From: an uncultured delta proteobacterium
Lineage (GTDB): Bacteria > Desulfobacterota > Binatia > Binatales > Binataceae
Assembly (NCBI GenBank): GCA_963789115.1
Contig: CAWBJH010000002.1
Location: forward strand, 447,412-511,411
Length of the DNA stretch: 64,000 nucleotides
Reading direction: 5' to 3'
In this document: one piece after another, positions 27,113-37,400 of the stretch
Position numbering within the stretch: position 1 is the stretch's first letter
Layout: each line of letters begins with the position of its first letter
Translations under genes and position numbers: made by a program
The notes under the pieces: generated by a model
Database searches by the model: none
What the model was told of the DNA's origin: nothing
What the model saw: only the letters and a program-made list of their open reading frames with translations

Positions 27113-28567
27113 ATGAATCAGACTACTCTTCCGGATGCCGCCCAGAAAGTCGTGGCGGAGCGCTTCCGCCAGGACAGGATCGAGCGGTGGGACCGCGAGG
27201 CTCCCGCTCGGGCCGCCCGCTTCTATCATGACTCGCTGGCGCGCCTCTATCGCAGCCTCGTGCCGCCGGGCCAGCGCGTGCTCGAATTGGGCTGCGGCGA
27301 TGGAGACCTGCTTGCGGCGCTCGCGCCTTCGCTGGGAGTGGGCATCGACTTCTCGCCCAAGCGGATTGAAACCGCCTCGGCGCGACATCCCGGCTTGCGT
27401 TTCATCGCCGCCGACGTCCACGAGTTTTTGCCCGATGGGCAGTTCGACTACGTCATCTTCTCCGACCTGGTGAATGACCTCTGGGATGTGCAGGTGGTGT
27501 TTGAACGAATCGCCGCGATCTGTTCCCCGACCACGCGCGTCATCATCAACAGCTACAGCCGGCTTTGGGAACTACCGCTGGCGATGGCCCGGCGGCTGCG
27601 TCTCGCGAACCCTCGACTCGGCCAGAACTGGCTCACGGTGGAGGATCTTTCCAACCTGCTTTACCTGGCGGGCTTCGAGGTCATTCGCCGATGGCCGGAG
27701 ATTCTCTTTCCGATTCGTATTCCGGTAGTAGCCACGACTTTCAATCGGTATCTGGTCCGGCTTCCGCCGTTTCGCTTCGCCGCACTGAGCAATTTCATGA
27801 TCGCGCGGCGCAGCCCGTCCGTCGCGGCCGCGGCAGGACAGAACGGGGACCCGATGGTCAGCGTGATCGTGCCCGCTCGCAACGAAGCCGGCAATATCGC
27901 CGAGATCGTTCGTCGCATACCTCGAATGGGCAGGGAAACCGAGATCGTGTTCGTGGAAGGTCACTCGCACGACGACACCTGCCGGGTGATCGAGGAGACC
28001 ATTGCGCAGCACCCGGATTTGCGCTGCAAGCTGCTTCGCCAGACCGGCGAGGGCAAGGGCGATGCGGTCCGGGCGGGGTTTGCGGCCGCGGACGGCGAGA
28101 TTTTGATGATCCTGGACGCCGACCTTAGCGTCGCCCCAGAGGACCTGCCGCGATTCTACCGGGCGCTGCGCTCCGGGATGGGCGAGTTCGCCAATGGCGT
28201 GCGGCTGGTTTACCCGATGGAAGGCAAGGCGATGCGTTTCATCAACCTGGTTGGAAACAAGTTTTTCAGTTGGGCCTTTTCCTGGCTGCTGGGCCAACGG
28301 CTCAAGGACACTCTGTGCGGGACCAAGGCCCTCGGCCGTCATCATTACCGGGAAATCGCACAGAACCGGGGCTACTTCGGCGAGTTCGATCCGTTCGGCG
28401 ACTTCGACCTGATTTTTGGCGCCGCCCGCCTGAACCTGAAGCTGGTGGACATACCGATCCGCTACCACGAGCGCACCTACGGCACGACCAACATCCGGCG
28501 ATGGAAGCACGGCTGGCTACTCGTCAAGATGGTCCTGTTCGCATTGCGGCGGATCAAGTTCGTCTAA
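27113..28567 (+). CDS. Bifunctional class I methyltransferase (N-terminal) / family-2 glycosyltransferase (C-terminal)
   Basis: VLELGCGDGDL and FDYVIFSDLV in the N-terminal half. VSVIVPARNEAGNI and ILMILDADLS in the C-terminal half. Confidence 0.85.
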   Translation: MNQTTLPDAAQKVVAERFRQDRIERWDREAPARAARFYHDSLARLYRSLVPPGQRVLELGCGDGDLLAALAPSLGVGIDFSPKRIETASARHPGLRFIAADVHEFLPDGQFDYVIFSDLVNDLWDVQVVFERIAAICSPTTRVIINSYSRLWELPLAMARRLRLANPRLGQNWLTVEDLSNLLYLAGFEVIRRWPEILFPIRIPVVATTFNRYLVRLPPFRFAALSNFMIARRSPSVAAAAGQNGDPMVSVIVPARNEAGNIAEIVRRIPRMGRETEIVFVEGHSHDDTCRVIEETIAQHPDLRCKLLRQTGEGKGDAVRAGFAAADGEILMILDADLSVAPEDLPRFYRALRSGMGEFANGVRLVYPMEGKAMRFINLVGNKFFSWAFSWLLGQRLKDTLCGTKALGRHHYREIAQNRGYFGEFDPFGDFDLIFGAARLNLKLVDIPIRYHERTYGTTNIRRWKHGWLLVKMVLFALRRIKFV

Positions 28568-28597
28568 ACCCGGCGATCGAACGACCGGAGAAGCGTA

Positions 28598-30520
28598 GTG
28601 CTACAGCAATCGCCGCCCGGCACCGGGTCGCCTGACACCGTCCCCTGGACGCACCGGGTTTATCGAGCCGCAAGGCTTCAGCTCGCGGCCGCGTCCCCCG
28701 ACCGCATTGCTCAACTGGGAATCGTGCTGACGACGCTGGCTCTCACCTGGTGGACCTGGGCGCATTGGGGCGACGTTCAAGTCAATTGTGGCCGCGAGTT
28801 GTACCTTCCTGCGGAGATCCTGAAGGGCAAGCTACTCTATCGGGACCTCTGGTATCAGTATGGACCGCTCGCGCCATATCTCCAGGCCCTGATCTTTTTC
28901 CTGTTCGGCGTGCATTTCACTTGCCTGTACGTGCTGGGTCTTTCGATTGCGCTGATCACGGCGCTGTTGTTTTTCGCCCTCAGCCGGCGATTCGTTCCGG
29001 TTTTCCCCGCATTCGTTGTCTCATTTCTGTTCCTGGTCTCGGGATTCGAGCCTTCGATCTTCAATTACGTTTTCCCGTACAGCTATGCCGCGGATATGGG
29101 CTCGCTCCTGGGCCTCGGCTGCGCATACTGCGGGATTTGCTACGTTCTCGATGATGGCACAAGCATGCTGGTCTTGAGCAGCCTGCTCGCCGGACTAGCC
29201 TTGGCGTGCAAACAGGAATTCGGCCTGGCAGGGTATATTTTTCTTGCCGTCGCTCTCACATTGCGCGCTCTCAAGCATCGCTCGTTTCGCCTTCTTTCCA
29301 GAGAGGTACTTTTTTGCATTCCGGGACTCGCGGTCGGCATCCTGATCTACGCCTGGTTCGTCTGGCGGCTTTCGTGGAGGTTCATTTTGCAGGAGAATTT
29401 CGTGGGGCCTGGCTCGTTCTTCATGCGGAAATTCGGTTCTGCGTATGTGGCTCGTTGGGGATTCCGGTTCGTGCCGCGCCAAGTGCTGTTGACCGTGGCA
29501 GTTGCGATGCTCGCGCTCGGGGCATGGTTCGGCATCGCACTTCTGCTGCGGGTCTGCTTTCGAGGCCGAGAACGAGCATTGCGCGGATTCAACGCCGTGG
29601 TTGTCGTGGCCTCGGTGGGTTTGTGGTGGCTCCGGACCGCGGCTCCTCTCCCGATTCGGCTGGCGGTTAGCACCGCGGCGCAGGTAGCCGGTCACTTGAC
29701 GTTTCCGACTGGCACCTTCTGGCTTGCCTGCGCGCTTCTGGCGGTGTACTTCGTTCGCACGCTGCGTTCAAATGGCGGAATCTACGACCTCGCGGCGGCG
29801 GCCCTTGCTGTCTATGCGCTGGCGACGGGGCTGCGACTCATGGCGTGGGTGGAACCCTGGGGCTACGGAATCTATTACTGCGGACCGCTCTTTCTGATCT
29901 TCGTCCTCATCCTGACGACGCTCGTCGGGTTGCGAACTCGCGCACTTTCGGACCTGCCGGCCCTACCGCTGCTGAACTCGATTTTCACGATAGAGGCGGG
30001 CCTTCTCTTCTTCCTGTGGTGGCCTGCCCCGAGCATTCCCCTGCCGGCCCGACTGGACACCGATCTTGGTGCGATCTACACGCGACCCGAGGAAGCGGCG
30101 CTGTTCCCTCGACTGGCCGGGTTCATGAAGGAGCAGCGGCGTCTTGGAAAACGCGTGCTGGTATTGCCTGAAGCGACCATGCTCTACGCTCTTTCAGGGA
30201 CGGACGCCCCTTCGCGCTATTACGAACTCGACCCCGGTCTGCTAAGTCCCGAGGGCGAGTCGAAATTTATCAGCGAGATAGACCGCTCAGGAGTCGATTT
30301 CATACTGCTCACGAATCGCAGTTATCCCGAGTACGGAGTGCCGCATTTCGGAATCGACTATGCACAGACAATAGGCAGATGGATAGACCAGCACTACGAG
30401 GCAGTCGGCCAATTCGGTAATTTCTCGCTGCGCCCTGGTGCACCTTTCGCCGTGCTGCTATACAAGCGCCGGCAGACTGCCGATGTCGGGCCGGCCTCGA
30501 ATACGCCGGCGAATCCATGA
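28598..30520 (+). CDS. Large polytopic membrane protein, GT-C (ArnT/PMT-like) glycosyltransferase candidate
   Basis: 640 aa with more than 10 TM helices and a soluble C-terminal domain. Assignment is by architecture and context only. Confidence 0.5.
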   Translation: MLQQSPPGTGSPDTVPWTHRVYRAARLQLAAASPDRIAQLGIVLTTLALTWWTWAHWGDVQVNCGRELYLPAEILKGKLLYRDLWYQYGPLAPYLQALIFFLFGVHFTCLYVLGLSIALITALLFFALSRRFVPVFPAFVVSFLFLVSGFEPSIFNYVFPYSYAADMGSLLGLGCAYCGICYVLDDGTSMLVLSSLLAGLALACKQEFGLAGYIFLAVALTLRALKHRSFRLLSREVLFCIPGLAVGILIYAWFVWRLSWRFILQENFVGPGSFFMRKFGSAYVARWGFRFVPRQVLLTVAVAMLALGAWFGIALLLRVCFRGRERALRGFNAVVVVASVGLWWLRTAAPLPIRLAVSTAAQVAGHLTFPTGTFWLACALLAVYFVRTLRSNGGIYDLAAAALAVYALATGLRLMAWVEPWGYGIYYCGPLFLIFVLILTTLVGLRTRALSDLPALPLLNSIFTIEAGLLFFLWWPAPSIPLPARLDTDLGAIYTRPEEAALFPRLAGFMKEQRRLGKRVLVLPEATMLYALSGTDAPSRYYELDPGLLSPEGESKFISEIDRSGVDFILLTNRSYPEYGVPHFGIDYAQTIGRWIDQHYEAVGQFGNFSLRPGAPFAVLLYKRRQTADVGPASNTPANP

Positions 30521-31335
30521 ACAAGCAATCGAGCGCGGCAGAAGGCTTAGCATGGTCGGAGACGCAAGGCGCGACCTATCTGGAAGAAATTCGCCGGCAG
30601 CGGCTCGCATGGGAGCGGAAGCCCGTTCTCCGCAAGCTTTACCGCCGCTGGTACGAGCAGTGCGTGGCCCAGTTGTCCCCGCTTAGGCCGGTGGTTGAAG
30701 TGGGCGCCGGGTCCGGAAACTTCAAGGAGTTTTTCCCAAGCGCGATCTCCTCGGACGTCTTCAAGACCGGTCCGTGGATCGATCTGGTCATGGATGCCGA
30801 CCACCTGGGCCTAAGAGAGCGCGCAGTCGGCAACATCCTGGTCTTTGACGTGATCCATCACCTGCACAGTCCGGTAAATTTCCTGAGACGGGCGGTCGGG
30901 GCTTTGAAGCCCGGGGGGCGGTTGGTGCTGTGCGAACCGGCGCTGTCGCCGTGGTCGCGGCTCGTGTACGGGCTCTTTCATCACGAGACGGTGAATCTCA
31001 ACTGGAAGTGCCCAGCGACTGAGGAAGGAATCGGCAATCCCGACCCCGGACATCTGTTCGCCAACATGGCGATTCCCGAGATTCTGTTCTTCAAGCGTCG
31101 CGCCCAGACGCTGGAGATGCTGCCGTCGGCGCGTCTGGTTGAGGCGCGCAAGTTCGCTTTCCTCTTGTATCCGCTGACCGGGGGCTTCGGCTATAGGTCG
31201 TTCGTCCCTGAGGCTGCTTTTTCATTCCTGCTGAGGATCGAAGACGTAGTGACACGAATCATACCGAGTTCGCTGACCGGCATGAGAATGTTGATAGTCC
31301 TCGAAAAGGCAGGGTTCGGCGACGGCCGGCTCTAG
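30517..31335 (+). CDS. Class I SAM-dependent methyltransferase
   Basis: VVEVGAGSGNF, ILVFDVIHHL and LKPGGRLVLCEP. ATGA overlap with the upstream gene. Confidence 0.8.
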   Translation: MNKQSSAAEGLAWSETQGATYLEEIRRQRLAWERKPVLRKLYRRWYEQCVAQLSPLRPVVEVGAGSGNFKEFFPSAISSDVFKTGPWIDLVMDADHLGLRERAVGNILVFDVIHHLHSPVNFLRRAVGALKPGGRLVLCEPALSPWSRLVYGLFHHETVNLNWKCPATEEGIGNPDPGHLFANMAIPEILFFKRRAQTLEMLPSARLVEARKFAFLLYPLTGGFGYRSFVPEAAFSFLLRIEDVVTRIIPSSLTGMRMLIVLEKAGFGDGRL

Positions 31336-31377
31336 CGTTCCGTTCGAAGCTGCTTGCCGTAGACGCTGGAAAAGTGA

Positions 31378-32397
<1,020 letters not shown>

Positions 32398-32588
32398 GGG
32401 AGGAGCTCCGCACGCTCGATGCGCTCAGCCCGGCTCCGCGCTTGCGCCCGACCAGCGCCCTTGACCGGAGTCCCAGGGCTTAAGGCAGCAGCTCTTTGAT
32501 CAGGCCTCCACGGTTGCCCGAGCCTGCAACGATAAGATCGGGCGCGGTGCCCGGCTTCACGCCGGCCACCGCCTCAAAGCAGGTCGGC

Positions 32589-32789
32589 TCACGGACAGTT
32601 GCGCGCTGGGCGGTAGCCGGCCTGCTCGGCAGCCTGCGCGCCTGGGAATGGCACGCGGTTGCGCGGCGCGACCGCGTCGTAGTACGGGCATCCCGGCCAT
32701 GGGTAGATATGGCTGCGCCGGTTTCCGACTACGGGGCCGACGCGATGCCCGGTCTTGTCATAGAGCAGCGGCGAAGTCGGGCCGCTCAC
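32589..32789 (-). CDS. Small protein with a C-terminal Ada-like/'sunset'-type motif
   Basis: 66 aa ending HIYPWPGCPYYDAVAPRNRVPFPGAQAAEQAGYRPARNC. GTG start overlaps the preceding stop (GTGA). Family is recalled from memory. Confidence 0.35.
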   Translation of the reverse strand: MSGPTSPLLYDKTGHRVGPVVGNRRSHIYPWPGCPYYDAVAPRNRVPFPGAQAAEQAGYRPARNCP

Positions 32790-32905
32790 AAATCATCAGG
32801 CTTGAGTCCGGTTTTGCCGGCGACGCGGGCTAGCGCTGCGGGGCCAATCTCGGCCTCGTCGTGAAAGGTGAAAGTGTAATCGGGCCAGCCGGGACGGCCA
32901 AGCGC
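32786..32905 (-). pseudogene. HicA-like toxin remnant (C-terminal half only, no start codon)
   Basis: Reads ALGRPGWPDYTFTFHDEAEIGPAALARVAGKTGLKPDDL, in frame directly after the hicB TGA. Resembles the ..tvP.H..ei..gtl..I.k..gl end of HicA. Confidence 0.4.
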
Positions 32906-33115
32906 TCACGCCGCTATGGCAAAAATGGCGTCAGCGACTTCAGGCGAGCGCTCGCCGTGCTCGATTTCGTCGGCGATGACACGCAGGGCCAGAACCTTCA
33001 CTTTGTCGATCGCTTCTGCGCGCGTTGCGCCGTAGGCCATGACACCGGGCAAGTCGGGAATGTCGGCAAGCCAGCGGCCATCGTCTTCACGCTCGATTTC
33101 GATTCGAAGCTGCAT
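32906..33115 (-). CDS. hicB: HicB-family antitoxin (UPF0150-type)
   Basis: MQLRIEIEREDDGRWLADIPDLPGVMAYGATRAEAIDKVKVLALRVIADEIEHGE. Confidence 0.7.
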   Translation of the reverse strand: MQLRIEIEREDDGRWLADIPDLPGVMAYGATRAEAIDKVKVLALRVIADEIEHGERSPEVADAIFAIAA

Positions 33116-33223
33116 CGAATGCCTATTCCCTCTAGGCGACTGTAGCACCCAGCCGAAGCTGGCCGACGCCCGAACAACGCGCGAATCTCATAATGTCCCT
33201 GCAGGAAAATTCTGGCAACGGAG

Positions 33224-33296
33224 GGGCCTGACCGAGAACATGCTCTTCTACTGGGGCGCCAAGCAGCGGATCGACCCGGTGGACTACTACTGAGCC
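33224..33296 (+). repeat. Direct repeat DR-R (73 bp): orphan copy of the radical SAM gene 3' end
   Basis: Encodes [22 protein letters not shown] with no upstream gene body. One mismatch versus DR-L. Confidence 0.95.
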
Positions 33297-33472
33297 GCAA
33301 GCCGGATTCGAGCACGGGGCCCCTCTTTGTTTTCGTTCCGGCGTAGCTCGGCGGATCGCGAAGCTCACTGCCGGCTGACCCCTGCTCCGCCCCGCCCTCC
33401 TTCGGGATCGTCATGATCTGCTCCTCGCCAACTCCCTCTTTTCATGCCTGCCTTCCTCTCCGGCAGACGCTT

Positions 33473-33994
33473 CTAGTGTCCTGAGTCAGGAGTTCGGTGA
33501 CAAACTTGCCGCCGCGACTTAGAGGCCCGCGCCCGCAAGCCGGAGAGCTCTGCAACCCGCGGTCGCCGTCTTCAATGGCCTCTCCCAGATGGGAGAGGCC
33601 GACGGTCGCTGCGACCGTCGGGTGAGGGACCGCAGCGTCGCTGCGCCGGCAGCGACATTTGGTTCCGCTGGCGCTTCTTCGCCAGGGCTGACGACGCAAC
33701 GGCCGGAGCGGTTCGATCCTCGGCGCCGCGCCTTTCACCGACACGCTCGCTTTGCTCGGCAAGCGGGGCCGCTCCAACCGACTCGAACGAAGTGAGCATA
33801 GCAGTGAAAAAGTGAAAAGGTGAAAAGGTGAAAAAATGCGGCGCCGCAAGGTCCCTCACCTCTGCCCTCTCCCAGCTTTGCAGGGAGAGGGCGAGCAAGA
33901 ACCCTCGATCTTTGGCGTGGAAGTTGCGCAAAGTTCTTGGCAGGCCCGGACCGGGCTCAAAATTATTCCGCGAACTTCGAACTCGGGACACCAG
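33473..33994. mobile_element. MITE-like element, family B, copy 1 (522 bp, mosaic)
   Basis: Termini are CTAGTGTCCTGAGT..ACTCGGGACACCAG. Collinear with 47876-48251, but carries an extra internal block related to family A (TTCACCGACACGCTCGC, CTCGAACGAAGTGAGCAT) and a GTGAAAAG microsatellite at 33804-33836. Confidence 0.8.
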
Positions 33995-34115
33995 GTGGGC
34001 TGACCCGAGACAGCGCCCCTGACGTGACGCCGATGACTTTGCCGGTGAAGCTATTGGCGCGAGCGAAGCCGGGCAGGAGCAGAACCAGGACCAGCGCAAT
34101 AGTCCGAGCGCGCAT
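33995..34115 (-). pseudogene. N-terminal remnant of a secreted protein (signal peptide + ~20 aa) truncated by MITE B1
   Basis: MRARTIALVLVLLLPGFARANSFTGKVIGVTSGALSRVSP, then the frame runs into the MITE terminus. Faint resemblance to thermonuclease N-termini (G.V..V.DGDT). Confidence 0.35.
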
Positions 34116-34500
34116 CACAGGCGCGGCGGTATGCGGTTGCTTCGATCTCGATCCGGGCGCCGCGCGGTAGGGCGGCTACCTGTATGGTCGAGCGTGCCGG
34201 ATAGGGGGCTTTGAAAAAATCTCCGTAGATCCGGTTGACCGCTTCGAAGTCGCGCAGATCGACGATGAAGATGGTGGTCTTGACCACCTGTGCCATCCCC
34301 GCGCCCGCCTCTTGCAGCACCGCGCGCAGGCTCGAGAGCGCCCACGCGGCCTCGGCCTCCACGCCGCCCTCCACCAGTTTGCCGGTGGCGGGATCGAGCC
34401 CGATCTGGCCCGAGCAGAAAATCCACCCGCCGTCCTCGACCGCCTGCGAGTAAGGACCAATCGCCGCCGGCGCGCCGGGAGTGTGGATCGTCTTCTTCAT
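34051..34500 (-). CDS. ridA: RidA/YjgF family reactive-intermediate deaminase (with an unusual ~25-aa C-terminal extension)
   Basis: APAAIGPYSQAV, FCSGQIGLDP and PARSTIQVAALPRGARIEIEA. Confidence 0.85.
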   Translation of the reverse strand: MKKTIHTPGAPAAIGPYSQAVEDGGWIFCSGQIGLDPATGKLVEGGVEAEAAWALSSLRAVLQEAGAGMAQVVKTTIFIVDLRDFEAVNRIYGDFFKAPYPARSTIQVAALPRGARIEIEATAYRRACDARSDYCAGPGSAPARLRSRQ

Positions 34501-34518
34501 CGCGCGCCCGGAGGTGGG

Positions 34519-36735
34519 TCAATCCGCCCGGTGGCCGTTGCGCTGGCCGAGGCGCGAGACTCGCATCACGCCCTCGATTCCCGCTATCGAGTGCATCACG
34601 GTGTCCAACTGGCTGCCGCTGCTGACGGTCAGCTCGAACACCGAGAGCGCCCGTCCGTCGGTGCTGCTGGCCTTGACCTCGGCGGTGGAGATGTTGACCC
34701 CGGCCGACGCGATCGCCTTGGACATCGCCGCCAGCAGCCCCGGCTTGTCCACGCACAGCACCTCGAGCCGGATCGGGCGCGGGGTCTGCTCGCCGGCCTT
34801 CCATACCACCGGCACGCGGCGCAGCGGGTCGGCCTCGAGCGAGCGAGAGCATCCGAGCCGATGGATGGTGACGCCGCGGCCGCGGGTGATGAAACCGGTT
34901 ATCGCCTCGCCGGGGAGCGCATTGCAGCATCGCGCGAAGCGCACCAGCATGTCGCCGATTCCCGACACCACCACCGCGTTGGCGGCCACCCGGCGGGCTT
35001 CCTTGCTCGGGCGCTCCTTCTCCGCGCCCTCGGGCGGCTGGGGAGCCTTGCCGGCGCGGTAGAGTCTTAGCTCGTCGGGGGTCAGCAGCTTGGCGAACAG
35101 TTGCGCGGGAGTAATGATTCCGTAGCCGAGCGCGCCGATCAGGCTGTCGACGTCACGCTGCGAAAAATCCTTGAGCACCGCCTCCAGCCGCCCCTCGCGC
35201 TTGAGCTGCGCCACGGTCAGCTTGAGTGCAACCAGCTCGTTGTCCAGAATCGAGACGCCGAGCTCGATCGATCGCTCGGCCTCCTGCGAGCGCAGCCACT
35301 GGCGGATCCTGCTCTTGGCCCGCGCCGTGGCCGCGAAGTGGAGCCAGTCCTTGCCCGGATTCTGCCGTTCCGAGGTCAGCACCTCGATCGTGTCGCCGGA
35401 CTTGAGCCGGTAACGCAGCGGCACCATCCGGCCGTTGACCCGCGCGCCCGAGAGGTGATGTCCCACCTGCGAATGGATCCGGTAGGCGAAGTCGATCACG
35501 GTGGAACCCTGCGGAAAGTCCAGCACGTCGCCCTTGGGAGTGAAAACGAAGACCTCCTCGGGGAACAGGTCGTCCTTGACGGTGGAAAGGAACTCTTGCG
35601 GGTCCTTGAGGTTCTGCTGCCATTCGATCAGCCGGCGCAGCCAGGCGAAGCGCTCGGTCTCGCGCAAGCCCTCGACGCGGCCCTGCTTGTAGGTCCAGTG
35701 GGCGGCGATTCCCTCCTCCGCCACCCGATGCATCGCTTTGGTGCGGATCTGCACTTCGATCCGCTGCCCGCGCGGACCGATAACGGTGGTATGCAGCGAC
35801 TGGTACATGTTGATCTTGGGCAACGCGATATAGTCCTTGAAGCGGCCCGGCACCGGCTTCCAGTTGGCGTGCACCACCCCCAGCGCCTCGTAGCATTCGC
35901 GCACCGAGTCGACGATGATCCGAAAGCCGATCAGGTCGTAGATCTCCTCCAGCGTCAGCCCCTCCTCCTCCATCTTGGCGTAGATCGAGTAGAAGTGCTT
36001 GGGACGGCCGGTGATTTCGGCCTTCACCCCCGACTCGCCGAGCCGCTTCTGCAAAAGCTCGATCACGCCGCGAACATACATGTCGCGCTCGCCGGCGGTG
36101 TTGGCCACGAACGCCGCCACCATCTGGTATGCCGAGGGGTTCAAGTAGCGAAAGGCGTTGTCTTCGAGCTCGGACTTGAGCCAGTAGATGCCCAGGCGAT
36201 GCGCGATCGGCGCGTAGACCTCCATGGTCTCGCGCGAGATCTCGACGCGGCGCTCGGACGCAAGATGGTCCAGCGTGCGCATGTTGTGCAGGCGATCGGC
36301 GAGCTTGATCAGGACCACCCTGATATCGCGCGCCATCGCGATGATCATCTTGCGGAAGTTCTCGGCCTGCTTCTCCTCCCGGCTCTGCAAGGTGATCTTG
36401 GAGACCTTGGTGACCCCGTCGACCAGTTGCGCGACTTCGGCGCCGAACAGGCCCTTCACCTCGCTCGGCGAGGCGGGGGTGTCCTCGACCACGTCGTGCA
36501 GCAAGGCGGTCGCGATCGAGGGGACGTCGAGCTTGAGTTGGGCGGTAATATGGGCGACGTTGAGCGGATGGATCAGGTAGGGCTCGCCCGACTTGCGCTT
36601 CTGCGGCGCGTGCATCCGTGCCGAGTATTCGTAGGCGCGCCGGATCAGCGAATCATCGGCCTGCGGATTGTAGGAATGGACCTCGTCGAGGAGATGCTGG
36701 AGCCCCTCGGTATCGCCGGCCGCTAGCTCTTCCAA
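34519..36735 (-). CDS. rel: Bifunctional (p)ppGpp synthetase/hydrolase RelA/SpoT homologue
   Basis: HD domain (RKSGEPYLIHPLNVA), synthetase region (YQSLHTTV), TGS and ACT regions. TTG start at 36735 is preferred; the track ORF over-extends across gmk. Confidence 0.9.
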   Translation of the reverse strand: MEELAAGDTEGLQHLLDEVHSYNPQADDSLIRRAYEYSARMHAPQKRKSGEPYLIHPLNVAHITAQLKLDVPSIATALLHDVVEDTPASPSEVKGLFGAEVAQLVDGVTKVSKITLQSREEKQAENFRKMIIAMARDIRVVLIKLADRLHNMRTLDHLASERRVEISRETMEVYAPIAHRLGIYWLKSELEDNAFRYLNPSAYQMVAAFVANTAGERDMYVRGVIELLQKRLGESGVKAEITGRPKHFYSIYAKMEEEGLTLEEIYDLIGFRIIVDSVRECYEALGVVHANWKPVPGRFKDYIALPKINMYQSLHTTVIGPRGQRIEVQIRTKAMHRVAEEGIAAHWTYKQGRVEGLRETERFAWLRRLIEWQQNLKDPQEFLSTVKDDLFPEEVFVFTPKGDVLDFPQGSTVIDFAYRIHSQVGHHLSGARVNGRMVPLRYRLKSGDTIEVLTSERQNPGKDWLHFAATARAKSRIRQWLRSQEAERSIELGVSILDNELVALKLTVAQLKREGRLEAVLKDFSQRDVDSLIGALGYGIITPAQLFAKLLTPDELRLYRAGKAPQPPEGAEKERPSKEARRVAANAVVVSGIGDMLVRFARCCNALPGEAITGFITRGRGVTIHRLGCSRSLEADPLRRVPVVWKAGEQTPRPIRLEVLCVDKPGLLAAMSKAIASAGVNISTAEVKASSTDGRALSVFELTVSSGSQLDTVMHSIAGIEGVMRVSRLGQRNGHRAD

Positions 36736-37400
36736 GGCGCGAACTCCCCGCGCAGCCGCGTCACCCTGAGGCGCTCGGCCTCCACCACCGCCCGCACCCA
36801 CGCGATCGATTCGTCGAGATCGGCGTTGACCACTATGTAGTCGTACTTCGGATAGGCGTGCATCTCCTCGCGCGCGCGCTCGAGGCGATGCGCGATCGCG
36901 TCTTCGCGCTCGGTGCCGCGCCCGCGCAGCCGCTCCTCCAGCTCTTTGAGGCCGGGCGGCATCACGAAGATCAGCACCGAGTCGCGCGGATAGCCCTTGC
37001 GGATCAGGGCGGCGCCCTGGATGTCGATATCCAGCAACATGTCGCGCCCGCCGGCGACGGCGTCTTCGAGCGGGCGGCGCGGAGTGCCGTAGCGGGCGTC
37101 GAAGACCCGCGCCCATTCGGCGAATTCCCCGGCCCTGAAGCGGCGGTCGAATTCCTCCTCGCTCACGAAGCTGTAGTCGGTCCCGTCGACTTCACCTTCG
37201 CGCGGCCTGCGCGTCGTCACCGAGACCGACGCCGTAAGGCCTCCGATCTCCTCGACCGCGCGGCGCGAGATGGTGGTTTTGCCGGCTCCCGAGGGAGCAG
37301 ACAGTATGAAAATTATACCGCGCCGCGACGGTGTGGAGTATCCCTTGTTCAAGACTACGCCGGCTCCGGGCAATTTCAAATGCCGTTCCAGCCGCACCAC
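36723..37400 (-). CDS. gmk: Guanylate kinase
   Basis: SAPSGAGKTT P-loop, then SVTTRRPREGEVDGTDYSFV. Confidence 0.9.
   Translation of the reverse strand: MVRLERHLKLPGAGVVLNKGYSTPSRRGIIFILSAPSGAGKTTISRRAVEEIGGLTASVSVTTRRPREGEVDGTDYSFVSEEEFDRRFRAGEFAEWARVFDARYGTPRRPLEDAVAGGRDMLLDIDIQGAALIRKGYPRDSVLIFVMPPGLKELEERLRGRGTEREDAIAHRLERAREEMHAYPKYDYIVVNADLDESIAWVRAVVEAERLRVTRLRGEFAPWKS

Noticed and set aside
32589-34115. Idea that the small Ada-like-motif ORF (32589-32789) and the signal-peptide remnant (33995-34115) are two halves of one thermonuclease-type gene split by insertions
   Set aside because: About 80-100 aa of the expected nuclease core are absent. The two pieces also lie on opposite sides of island repeat DR-R, so a simple split does not explain the layout. 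They are kept as independent low-confidence features.
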